A stretch of DNA of 24,000 bases from Spirochaetaceae bacterium (GCA_017936665.1 JAGBFB010000023.1:46457-70456), one strand, 5' to 3'. Counted from the first letter of the stretch, positions 1-8,539 are shown. A program made the numbers and translations. The notes: generated by a model not told the origin, from the letters alone.

Positions 1-1
1 A

Positions 2-268
2 TTTGCATACGAAATTTCTGAACCGATTTTGGATTCAACAGTTGATAATAGCTATTTTAGATTTTACCTAAAAAACATTGCTCCTGTTTACAAAGTAAAT
101 TATGGATATATTCCAATAAGTTATTTTTTTCAATTTCATAGAAGGTCAGCTTTGTCATTTTCAAATGCTTTAAAGGAGTTTAAAATAGTTAGAAAATGGG
201 TTGCCAAAAATGCATTTCACTTTAAATTAGACATAAAAACTCTTACACAAAAATGGGATGAAAAATGA
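2..268 (+). CDS. C-terminal fragment of a hypothetical protein whose start lies left of the window
   Basis: The frame is open from nt 2 to TGA 266-268, so the TTG at 29 used by the ORF track is probably internal. The stop overlaps the next gene's ATG as ATGA (265-268), implying the same operon. No family is recognisable from the 88 visible residues. Confidence 0.45.
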   Translation, partial: FAYEISEPILDSTVDNSYFRFYLKNIAPVYKVNYGYIPISYFFQFHRRSALSFSNALKEFKIVRKWVAKNAFHFKLDIKTLTQKWDEK

Positions 269-2841
269 AAAAAGCCGTTGTTGTTCAATGTAGACTAGGT
301 TCTACAAGGTTAAAAAATAAAGCATTAAAATTAATCGATAATAAAACAATTTTAGAATATGTTTTAAACTCAATGAAAAAAGTTGATGCTTCTATTTATT
401 ATGTTGTAACTGATTTTTATTCCCTAGAAAAACTAAAACCAATCGTAGATAAGTGTGGTTGGAATATTTTTGCAGGTAGCGAATTTGATGTTCTTGACAG
501 ATTTTGTTCATTTTTACGATTTATAGAAAATACAGATATTCATAATTTTCCACAAATTATTATTAGGGCAACAGCAGATAATCCTTTTTTGTTTTATGAT
601 GCAGCTGAAAAAATGATTGAAAGTTATGAACAAAAATTAAAAACTGGATTATCAACAAATCCAAACTTTAAAATTGATTATTTTACTTGGACAGGATTAC
701 CTCATGGAAGTGGAGTAGAAATTTTAAGCACTTTATCACTATTAGAATCTATAAATTATACTTCTGATCCATACGACCATGAACATGTAGGTCCTGCTTT
801 GTATAATCATAAAGATAGATATAACTGCGTTTTTGAACCTGCTCCAGAAAAATGGAATCATCCTAAATTAAGAACAACCGTTGATACGATAAATGATTTT
901 TATAGAGCAAAAACAATAGTAAATTACATCAAAAATAAAGAATGCAAACAAATACTTGAAAATCCTATAGATTCTCAAACAGTAATAGATGCTTGTAATT
1001 CTGATGCTGTAAAAACTCCTTTGCTTTTTGTTCCAAATGTTGATGGCAAACATGGTTCTGGTCACTTAAAAAGAGTTTTAGATTTAGCTTCTGTACTTTG
1101 TGCTGACATATATATTCCTCCAAAGAAAAACTCAAAAACAACTGTGTTAGATAAGATTATCGAAAAATATATTTTACAAGGATTAATCTATAAAGACCAA
1201 ATTTTATCAGAAGAAATTCCTAAGGATTTTTACTCTTCAATTATTCTTGACAACTTTTGTACATCTCAAAAAGAAATTGATTATTTTTCACAATATGCAA
1301 AAGTTCTTAGCATCGATGAGGGTAGTAATTCCAAAATTCTTGAAAAAATTTCTTATTCTGTGAACGTTATACCATCTTTGATAAAAGATGAAAATATTAA
1401 TCTTAAAAATTTTGATTTAATTCCTTTGCCAAAAAATCAAAAGGATTATCCTGCAAAATTAATTAAAGATATAAAAAAAGTTATTATTGCCTTTGGAGGA
1501 ACTGATAAATCCTTTGTTTCAATAAATATTGCTTCAAAATTAGAAAACATTTTTTTATCAGAAAAAAATGAAGATTTTGAAATTACAATCGTAACAAATA
1601 ACAAGCAAATTTTAGAAGATGAATATTCACCAAGAATTGTTCCTAAAAATTCCATTGAAAATCTACGTGAAAAAATTTACGAATACGATTTAGTAATAAC
1701 TCATTATGGATTTACCGCTTTTGAAGCAATTTCGTCAAATTGTTTAGTTTTAACTTTATCACCAACAAAATTACATAAAAAACTTTCTAAAAAAATGGGT
1801 TTTACAAATATTCATAAAGGTGTAAGTGAAGATAAATTGAAAAAAGAACTTAAAAACCTTTTTGAAAAAGAAGATTCTGATTTTATAGTAAATTTGAAAA
1901 AAAATAATCTTAACAAAATTGATTCTCAAAAAGAATTTTCTTCTCTAGCTAGAACTTTATCAGAAAAAGAAATAAAACTTTGTCCTGTATGTAATTCAAA
2001 AAGTATTTATTTAGACAAAATTATCAGTAGGGATAAGATAAAGACAATTCGCAGATGTAAAATATGTAATTTAGATTATATCAGTTTTGAAAATGCGCCA
2101 AAAACACAATATAATGCAGATTATTTTGGACAAGAATATAAAAATCAATATGGAAAAACTTATCTAGAAGATTTTAATTCAATTAAAAATTCTTGTTTAC
2201 GTAGGCATAAAATTATTGATTTAATTTTTACAAAAAAAATAGCAAATAAAGAATCTCGTAATGGAAAAGTTTTAGATATCGGTTGTGCTTATGGACCATA
2301 TTTAAGTGCCGCAAAAGAATTTAATTGGATTCCTTATGGAATTGAACCTTCATCTGATGCTGTGGATTATGTAAAAAATAAATTGAATTATAACGCAATT
2401 TGTTCAAAATTTCCTGTAGAAAATTTACCAATTGATTATAGCAATTTTGATGCCATTACAATGTGGTATGTAATCGAACATTTTGAAAACTTAGATGAAG
2501 TATTAAAATCTGTATACATGATGTTAAATTCAAAAGGAATTTTTGCTTTTTCAACTCCATCAAACAGGGGAATTTCTGGAAAATATAACCAAGTTGATTT
2601 TTACAAAAATAGTCCATCTGATCATTTTTCAATTTGGAATCCTAAAACTGCAAAAAAAATCTTAAAAAAATATGGATTTAAAACTGTAAAAATTGTTTCT
2701 ACAGGGATTCATCCTGAACGCTTTCCATTTATAAAAAAACATGGTATAAAAAAAGAACAATTTTTATATAAATTTTTTGAATTTTACGCAAAATTATTTT
2801 CTTTAGGTGATACATTTGAAATCTATACAACTAAAAAATAA
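265..2841 (+). CDS. Tri-domain fusion: SpsF/PseF-type cytidylyltransferase, PseG/SpsG-like GT-B module, and zinc-ribbon class I SAM methyltransferase (nonulosonic-acid pathway enzyme)
   Basis: Uninterrupted 858-aa ORF. N-terminal cytidylyltransferase loop AVVVQCRLGSTRLKNKAL. Central PseG-like motifs VDGKHGSGHLKRVLDLA, VIIAFGGTDKS and DLVITHYGFTAFEAIS. C-terminal CPVC...CKIC zinc ribbon, then methyltransferase motif I KVLDIGCAYGPYL and FDAITMWYVIEHF. Confidence 0.8.
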   Translation: MKKAVVVQCRLGSTRLKNKALKLIDNKTILEYVLNSMKKVDASIYYVVTDFYSLEKLKPIVDKCGWNIFAGSEFDVLDRFCSFLRFIENTDIHNFPQIIIRATADNPFLFYDAAEKMIESYEQKLKTGLSTNPNFKIDYFTWTGLPHGSGVEILSTLSLLESINYTSDPYDHEHVGPALYNHKDRYNCVFEPAPEKWNHPKLRTTVDTINDFYRAKTIVNYIKNKECKQILENPIDSQTVIDACNSDAVKTPLLFVPNVDGKHGSGHLKRVLDLASVLCADIYIPPKKNSKTTVLDKIIEKYILQGLIYKDQILSEEIPKDFYSSIILDNFCTSQKEIDYFSQYAKVLSIDEGSNSKILEKISYSVNVIPSLIKDENINLKNFDLIPLPKNQKDYPAKLIKDIKKVIIAFGGTDKSFVSINIASKLENIFLSEKNEDFEITIVTNNKQILEDEYSPRIVPKNSIENLREKIYEYDLVITHYGFTAFEAISSNCLVLTLSPTKLHKKLSKKMGFTNIHKGVSEDKLKKELKNLFEKEDSDFIVNLKKNNLNKIDSQKEFSSLARTLSEKEIKLCPVCNSKSIYLDKIISRDKIKTIRRCKICNLDYISFENAPKTQYNADYFGQEYKNQYGKTYLEDFNSIKNSCLRRHKIIDLIFTKKIANKESRNGKVLDIGCAYGPYLSAAKEFNWIPYGIEPSSDAVDYVKNKLNYNAICSKFPVENLPIDYSNFDAITMWYVIEHFENLDEVLKSVYMMLNSKGIFAFSTPSNRGISGKYNQVDFYKNSPSDHFSIWNPKTAKKILKKYGFKTVKIVSTGIHPERFPFIKKHGIKKEQFLYKFFEFYAKLFSLGDTFEIYTTKK

Positions 2842-4432
2842 AAATATTTTAATTTTAGGAGCTTCTCTTTTACAAAAACCTGCAATTCAAAGTGCAAAAG
2901 AACTTGGTTGTAAAGTTTTTGTAGTTGATGGAAATCCTAATGCTTTATGTGTTTCTCTTGCTGATGTTTTTGAATGTATAGATTTAAAAGATGAACAAGG
3001 TCTTTTATCTTATGCAAAAAAAATTCATAATTCTGAAGGTTTGCATGGAGTTTTTACCGCTGGTACAGATTTTTCAAAATCAGTGGCTTTTGTTACTGAA
3101 AACCTTAATTTAAATGGACATTCTTATCAAGCTGCAAAAAATGCAAGTGACAAAGCTCTAATGAGACAATGTTTTAAGAATTTTAAAGTTAGTTCTCCTA
3201 AATTTACAGTTTTAACTGAAAAAGATTTATCAAAAATTCAATCTAATCCAAAAGAATTTTTATCATCATTAGAATTTGATTTAAAAAATCCCTTAGTTGT
3301 AAAACCCTGTGATAATATGGGTGCTAGAGGTTGTAAAAAAATTGATAATTTTGAAGAAATAAATAATTTTGTTGAAGCTGTAAAAGATAGCATTAAAAAT
3401 TCAAGAACAAAACGTGCAATTTTAGAAGAATTTATGGACGGAGATGAATTTTCTATTGACGCTTTAGTATTTGAAAATCAAATTATTATTACAGGTTTTG
3501 CTGATAGACATATTTTTTATCCTCCGTATTTTATTGAAATGGGGCACACAATGCCTACAAAATTGTCAAAAGAACAAATTCTTTCTGTTGTAACTGAATT
3601 TTGTAAAGGTGTAAAATCATTAGGATTAACTTGTGGTGCTGCAAAAGGTGATATAAAACTTACTACCAAAGGCGTAATGATTGGAGAAATCGCTGCTAGA
3701 CTTTCTGGTGGATACATGTCAGGTTGGACTTTCCCATATTCTTCTGATATAAATTTAACAAAAAAAGGTATTTTGCTTGCATTAGGTGAAAATCCAAATT
3801 TTTCTGATGAGGAACTTGAAATATTAACAGAATTATCAATAAATTCAGAAAAAATACTTGTAAAAATGTGTAAAACTCCTAAGGTTTGTGCAGAAAGAGC
3901 ATGGATTTCAATTCCTGGAAAAATTTCAAAGATTTATGGAATTAATTCTGATATAAAAAACAAGAATTCGTATTTAAAAGATATTTTTATCAGAAGTAAA
4001 GAAGGCGATGAAGTAAAATTTCCTACAAACAATGTAGAAAAGTGCGGAAATGTAATTACTTTATCAGAAAATCGCGAAAAATCAATTTTAGAAGCTGAAA
4101 AAATCATTAGTTCTATCGTTTTGCGCCTTGAACCAAACAATGAAGAAACAACTAAATTTTTGGAACAAGATTTAGATACAAAGTTTCCTCCTTCGGCTTT
4201 TAAAACTAAGTTAGATTTAGAAAATTTTGAACAGATTGCAATGGAAATAGAAACCTCATCCTTAAGAGATTGGAATTATCGTACGATAAAAGAAACGATA
4301 AAACTTTTTACTGAAATTTCAAACTGTGATTTTTTTATTTCAAATGAAAAATTTTGGCATTATCTGTTAAGAGGTGGAATACAAGGTGCTTTGTATTATT
4401 TTGACAGTTTTCATGATGATAGAGTAGAGTAG
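2816..4432 (+). CDS. ATP-grasp domain ligase with an uncharacterised C-terminal tail of about 95 aa
   Basis: Pre-ATP-grasp Rossmann-like N-terminus NILILGASLLQKPAIQSAKELGCKVFVVD. Core motifs PLVVKPCDNMGARGCKKI, ILEEFMDGDEFSIDALV and GEIAARLSGG. There is no in-frame ATG near the 5' end. The track uses GTG 2807, but TTG 2816 sits 5 nt after an AGGTGA Shine-Dalgarno (2805-2810) and is my preferred start. Either start lies inside the 3' end of the upstream gene. Confidence 0.8.
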   Translation: MKSIQLKNKNILILGASLLQKPAIQSAKELGCKVFVVDGNPNALCVSLADVFECIDLKDEQGLLSYAKKIHNSEGLHGVFTAGTDFSKSVAFVTENLNLNGHSYQAAKNASDKALMRQCFKNFKVSSPKFTVLTEKDLSKIQSNPKEFLSSLEFDLKNPLVVKPCDNMGARGCKKIDNFEEINNFVEAVKDSIKNSRTKRAILEEFMDGDEFSIDALVFENQIIITGFADRHIFYPPYFIEMGHTMPTKLSKEQILSVVTEFCKGVKSLGLTCGAAKGDIKLTTKGVMIGEIAARLSGGYMSGWTFPYSSDINLTKKGILLALGENPNFSDEELEILTELSINSEKILVKMCKTPKVCAERAWISIPGKISKIYGINSDIKNKNSYLKDIFIRSKEGDEVKFPTNNVEKCGNVITLSENREKSILEAEKIISSIVLRLEPNNEETTKFLEQDLDTKFPPSAFKTKLDLENFEQIAMEIETSSLRDWNYRTIKETIKLFTEISNCDFFISNEKFWHYLLRGGIQGALYYFDSFHDDRVE

Positions 4433-4437
4433 GCAAA

Positions 4438-5469
4438 ATGAAGCGCAAGATTATTTTATTTTCAACAATTTTATTATTTTTTAATTTTTTTCTCTTTGCA
4501 AATGATGAATATATTTCTGTTCAAGAAGCCTCTTCTCAACTTGGTGCAAATTTATTTTGGGACCCAATGACTAAATCTGGCATTTTAGAAAAAGATGGAA
4601 ATTCTCTTGCCTTTGCACTTAATCAAGAAATTGCAATTTCAAATTTCAAAGATTTTTCTGTTACAAATGCTCCTTATATGAAAGATGATATTGTATATAT
4701 TCACAAAGATTTACTTGAAAAAGCAAAAGAATTATTTTCAAAACCATTGTTAGATACAAATTTTAAAATTGGTGCAATTCTTATTGATCCTGGTCATGGT
4801 GGAAAAGATCCAGGAACTATCGGAACAATAACTAAAAACGGCAAAAAAACATCACTAAATGAAAAAGATATTGTTTTAAATGTGGCTTTGGAACTAAATA
4901 ATCTTTTAAAATCAAAATATCCTGACAAAAAAATTATGATGACTCGTTCAACTGATGTATTTTTAACTTTGGAACAACGTGTTGATATTGCAAATTCCGT
5001 AAAACTTGCTGAAAATGAAGCAATTGTGTATGTTTCAATTCATGCAAATTCAGCTTTTGATAAAAAAGCAAAAGGATTTGAAACTTGGTATTTAAGTCCA
5101 GGATACAGAAGAAATATTTTAAAAGAAAGTGATGTTGATGCAGAAATTTTACCAATTTTGAATTCTATGTTGGAAGAAGAATTTACAACAGAAAGTATTT
5201 TAATTGCAAAATTTATTGACGATGGCTTAAAAAAACAGGTTGGTGATTTAACAAAAAGCAGAGGCCTAAAAGAAGAAGAATGGTTTGTTGTAAGGAATGC
5301 AAATATGCCAAGTGTTTTAGTTGAAGTAGGTTTTGTTTCTAATCCAGAAGAAGCATTATTATTATCTGATAGAAACTACTTGCGTAAAATTGCTTTAGGG
5401 ATATATAATGGAGTGAGTTCTTTTGTTACTCATTTTGAACATTCTAGAGGATTTACAATTTCACAATGA
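4438..5469 (+). CDS. N-acetylmuramoyl-L-alanine amidase (Amidase_3 family) with an N-terminal stalk-like domain
   Basis: N-terminal signal/anchor MKRKIILFSTILLFFNFFLFA. Amidase_3 motifs ILIDPGHGGKDPG, YVSIHANS and VLVEVGFVSNPEE. Starts 5 nt after the ATP-grasp stop. Confidence 0.9.
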   Translation: MKRKIILFSTILLFFNFFLFANDEYISVQEASSQLGANLFWDPMTKSGILEKDGNSLAFALNQEIAISNFKDFSVTNAPYMKDDIVYIHKDLLEKAKELFSKPLLDTNFKIGAILIDPGHGGKDPGTIGTITKNGKKTSLNEKDIVLNVALELNNLLKSKYPDKKIMMTRSTDVFLTLEQRVDIANSVKLAENEAIVYVSIHANSAFDKKAKGFETWYLSPGYRRNILKESDVDAEILPILNSMLEEEFTTESILIAKFIDDGLKKQVGDLTKSRGLKEEEWFVVRNANMPSVLVEVGFVSNPEEALLLSDRNYLRKIALGIYNGVSSFVTHFEHSRGFTISQ

Positions 5470-5975
5470 TAAATTTAAATATTTCAGATACTTTAAAAAA
5501 AATTACAAAAGTAAATTTATCGACAAAAATATTATTTTTAAGCTTGTTGATAGTGTTTATTTTTTCAATTGTTATGTTTTTTGTTCAAGGATATTCTCAT
5601 AGAAGAGTTTATCTTTTTGAAAGTTTAGATAAGCCTGGTTTATATGCAGAAAATAGGTATTATCCAAATATTCCTTATTTAGATGATATTGAACTTTTTG
5701 TTTCTGAGCTTTTGTTAGGTCCAATAGGGGAGCGATATAAACATGTTTTTGCACCTGGAACTAAATTAAAATCTTGTTTTTTACAAGATAATGTGCTTTA
5801 CATTGATTTTTCTTCTGAGGCACTTTTTCCAAACGAAAAAGTATCTGAAGTTAGGGAAGGAGCTGAAATTTTTAAGAAAAATATTTTTAGAAATTTCAGA
5901 AAAATAGATAAAATAAACATATACATCGAGGGTAGAAAAATATTTGATAATGTTGAAAATTTGTTAAACAGTTAA
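5466..5975 (+). CDS. Membrane-anchored GerMN-like domain protein
   Basis: The ATG overlaps the amidase stop (ATGA 5466-5469). One TM helix (ILFLSLLIVFIFSIVMFFV) is followed by about 120 aa with GerMN-like features (ELLLGP, VLYIDFSSE). Amidase-GerMN pairing is common in bacteria. Confidence 0.55.
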   Translation: MINLNISDTLKKITKVNLSTKILFLSLLIVFIFSIVMFFVQGYSHRRVYLFESLDKPGLYAENRYYPNIPYLDDIELFVSELLLGPIGERYKHVFAPGTKLKSCFLQDNVLYIDFSSEALFPNEKVSEVREGAEIFKKNIFRNFRKIDKINIYIEGRKIFDNVENLLNS

Positions 5976-5984
5976 AAAAAAGCG

Positions 5985-6012
5985 TTGACAAATTTCGTAA
6001 CATTGATATACT
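5985..6012 (+). promoter_or_regulatory. Sigma-70-type promoter of flaA (TTGACA-16 nt-TATACT)
   Basis: TTGACA at 5985-5990, a 16-nt spacer, TATACT at 6007-6012. An AAGGAG SD at about 6043-6048 precedes ATG 6055. Confidence 0.6.
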
Positions 6013-6054
6013 TGTATATACAGGGCTACATAACGTGTATAAAAGGAGCTTTGA

Positions 6055-7110
6055 ATGAAAAGAACTTTCATTTTAGTAGTAATGGCGTTCCTCCTTGTTG
6101 GATCATTAGCATTTGCAGATGAAGCAGTACTTATCGACTTCACTTTAATGGAGCCAGATATTGTTGCTGATGAAAATGGTAATCCTACACAAAACGGAAG
6201 AACAGTAATGGATTTCAGTGTAACTGCTGGTGCAACATTCACTGACGAACAAAAAGGATTAATGAAAACTTCACTTGCAATGCCAAACTGGGAAGTTGTT
6301 CTTAATTCTTCAGCAAGAAATATTAATAGTTTGACAACATCAACTGTTATTCCTGCTCCAGTTCGTGATACAGCAAAAGTTCCGTTTGCTGGAAAAAATG
6401 TTATGGGAGTTAGAATTTTATTCCCTTCCTATGCTGTAAACTCAAATGCTCGTATTAAACCAGCTTTTGAAATTCCTGCATATGAACCAATGGCTACAGC
6501 TGATGAAAATGGTAATATTCAACCACAAACTGATGAAGAAAAAGCAAGTGGAAAAACACGCTTTGAAGATGGTTATGGTGTTGTAAAAAATGTTGGAACA
6601 GTAAAATCTGTTTCTGTAACAACAATGGGAATGAACTATCCTCACGGACTTTATGTTCTTCTTAAAGATAATGACAACATCGAAAGACGTTACTTCATGG
6701 GATATCTTGGATTTGATGGATGGAAAGAATTACAGTGGAATAACCCACAATACGTAACAGAAGTTAGAAATAGAGAATTGAGATTGATTCCTATTTATCC
6801 ACGTGGAATTCCTTTTGTTAAATTTACAGGATTCCAAATCACACGTGATGCAATGCATGACGGAAATGATTTCATCGGATACTTTAAAGATGTAAAAGTT
6901 ATTTATGACAAAGCAGTTCTTACATCAGAAAGAGATATTGCTGATGAAGATTTGTGGGGAATTATCGGTGCAAAAGAAGCAGCAAAACAAAATGCAGAAA
7001 TGTCACGTTTTGGTGCACACCAAGTTGAAAGATTCCTAGAAAAACAGAAGATGGCAACTGAAGAAGCATTTACATCTTCTCTTACTGACGATGTTGAAAC
7101 AGTAGAATAA
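6055..7110 (+). CDS. flaA: Flagellar filament outer layer (sheath) protein FlaA
   Basis: Sec signal peptide MKRTFILVVMAFLLVGSLAFA followed by DE. Long collinear identity to Treponema FlaA as I remember it (EAVLIDF, WEVVLNSSARN, IKPAFEIPAYE, RFEDGYGVVKNVG, GMNYPHGLYV, RYFMGYL, GYFKDVKVIYDKAVL, ADEDLWGI). Confidence 0.95.
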   Translation: MKRTFILVVMAFLLVGSLAFADEAVLIDFTLMEPDIVADENGNPTQNGRTVMDFSVTAGATFTDEQKGLMKTSLAMPNWEVVLNSSARNINSLTTSTVIPAPVRDTAKVPFAGKNVMGVRILFPSYAVNSNARIKPAFEIPAYEPMATADENGNIQPQTDEEKASGKTRFEDGYGVVKNVGTVKSVSVTTMGMNYPHGLYVLLKDNDNIERRYFMGYLGFDGWKELQWNNPQYVTEVRNRELRLIPIYPRGIPFVKFTGFQITRDAMHDGNDFIGYFKDVKVIYDKAVLTSERDIADEDLWGIIGAKEAAKQNAEMSRFGAHQVERFLEKQKMATEEAFTSSLTDDVETVE

Positions 7111-7132
7111 TTTAACTAGTTAGTATAGTTTG

Positions 7133-7176
7133 AAAAGGCTGTTCTTTATGGATTCATAGAGAATGGCCTTTTTTAT
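7133..7176 (+). terminator. Rho-independent terminator of flaA
   Basis: An 18-bp imperfect stem, AAAAGGCTGTTCTTTATG / CATAGAGAATGGCCTTTT (GU pairs allowed), with a 4-nt loop, then TTTTTTATTT. Confidence 0.8.
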
Positions 7177-7209
7177 TTGCTAAATTTAACTTTTAATGTT
7201 AGAATATTA

Positions 7210-8463
7210 ATGATGAATTCTGAATTAATTATACCTAATAAGGAACAATTACAAATTGCCTATGATTCTTATAAACCAGTTCTAACGGCAATCCTTTTTA
7301 GTGTAGAACAAAAACTTAAAAAAAATCTTTTACTTGCCTCAATGCCAACTTTTAAAACACGAATAAAGGATTTTAATAGTTATTATAAAAAATTATTGCG
7401 GGTTAGACCAAAATCTTTAGGTATTCAAAATTTACCGCCTCTTACAGATTTGCTTGGTATTCGTGTTATTTGTGCGTTTTTGGAGGATTTAAAAACTGTA
7501 GAAGAACAAATTTCAAAAATATTTAATGTAATTGAAATTGAGCGAAAAGGTGCAGATAGAACTTTTAGTGAATTTGGTTATGAATCAATACATTTTTTAG
7601 TAGAAATTCCAGAAGAGTTTAAAGCAAATGAAGATACTATACCTGACGGCTTAGTTTGTGAAATTCAAGTTAGAACAATTTTACAAGACGCTTGGGCAGA
7701 AGTAGAACATGAACTTGTATACAAATCAGAATTTTCGCCTTTTGATTTACCATTAAGAAGGAAATTGGCATCATTAAATGCTAGTTTAAGTTTATCTGAT
7801 ATTGTCTTTCAAGAAATTAGAGATTATCAAAATAAATTGAACAAAGAATTAGATTGTCGTAGAGAGAGTTTTTATGACCAAGCAGATAGTATTTCACGAG
7901 GAACAATTTTAGAAAAAAATTCAACAGTTGATGAAATAGAAAGGAGTCCAACAGATCAAGCATCTCCTTATATTCGTGGTACAATTGATGATTTAATTTT
8001 GGAAGCAATACATGCACATAATACTGGAAATCTTGAAAAAGCTATTGAAATTTATACTAGAATTATTGAAGCAAAACCATCTCCAAATAACATTGTTCTT
8101 TCTGTAATTTATAAGCATCGAGGAATGGCAAAATTTGCAATGAATTCTTTTGAACAGGCTTTGCAAGATTTTATTACTAGTTGTGATTATGATCCTACAA
8201 GTTTTAGATCATTTTACTATGTTGGAATTGTATACAGCGTTTTAGGACAAAATGATAAAGCCTTAGAATTTTTTGATAAATCTTTAGAATTAAATGAATT
8301 TCAGGCACATGTCTACTACAGAAAAGCCTTAGCAAATTATAATGATTCAAATTATACTTTGGCGTTAAATGATTTACGAAAAGGACTTTCTTTGGGATTA
8401 GATGATGAAGATTCGCAAAGACTGCATAAAAAAATTATGTCTAAATTAGAAATGAATATGTAA
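7210..8463 (+). CDS. Small alarmone synthetase (RelA/SpoT synthetase domain) fused to C-terminal TPR repeats
   Basis: Synthetase motifs LLGIRVICAF, GYESIHFLV and EIQVRTILQDAWAEVEHELVYK. The last 140 aa or so are TPR-like (GNLEKAIEIYTRIIE, FEQALQDFITS, GQNDKALEFFDKSLELN, YRKALANY). The track start TTG 7177 falls within or next to the flaA terminator T-tract, so ATG 7210 is preferred. There is no hydrolase (HD) domain. Confidence 0.85.
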   Translation: MMNSELIIPNKEQLQIAYDSYKPVLTAILFSVEQKLKKNLLLASMPTFKTRIKDFNSYYKKLLRVRPKSLGIQNLPPLTDLLGIRVICAFLEDLKTVEEQISKIFNVIEIERKGADRTFSEFGYESIHFLVEIPEEFKANEDTIPDGLVCEIQVRTILQDAWAEVEHELVYKSEFSPFDLPLRRKLASLNASLSLSDIVFQEIRDYQNKLNKELDCRRESFYDQADSISRGTILEKNSTVDEIERSPTDQASPYIRGTIDDLILEAIHAHNTGNLEKAIEIYTRIIEAKPSPNNIVLSVIYKHRGMAKFAMNSFEQALQDFITSCDYDPTSFRSFYYVGIVYSVLGQNDKALEFFDKSLELNEFQAHVYYRKALANYNDSNYTLALNDLRKGLSLGLDDEDSQRLHKKIMSKLEMNM

Positions 8464-8492
8464 AATATTTGTATTATTTTTTTCAAAACTTA

Positions 8493-8521
8493 TTGACATA
8501 AAATTCCTAATTTGATATAGT
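8493..8521 (+). promoter_or_regulatory. Sigma-70-type promoter of tRNA-Glu (TTGACA-17 nt-TATAGT)
   Basis: TTGACA at 8493-8498, a 17-nt spacer, TATAGT at 8516-8521, about 18 nt upstream of the mature tRNA 5' end. Confidence 0.65.
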
Positions 8522-8539
8522 TTCAAATGTAAGGTTGAT

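Noticed and set aside
6006-6019. Palindrome ATATAC-TT-GTATAT overlapping the flaA -10 and transcription start
   Set aside because: It is a short, fully AT-rich inverted repeat of a kind expected by chance in this genome. It matches no regulator motif I know, so it was not promoted to a finding.
5964-6242. 92-aa minus-strand ORF spanning the flaA promoter and 5' end
   Set aside because: It overlaps the flaA promoter, SD and signal-peptide coding region on the opposite strand. It has no independent signals and no recognisable family.
7177-7209. Upstream alternative-start extensions proposed by the ORF track: TTG 7177, TTG 12463, GTG 12867, TTG 15397, TTG 17523 and TTG 23067. TTG 29 is the converse case, an internal start in a frame that is open to the window edge.
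   Set aside because: In each case a downstream start fits the conserved N-terminus of the family, or an SD or promoter is placed for it. The extension would run through a terminator T-tract, a promoter or a structured leader.
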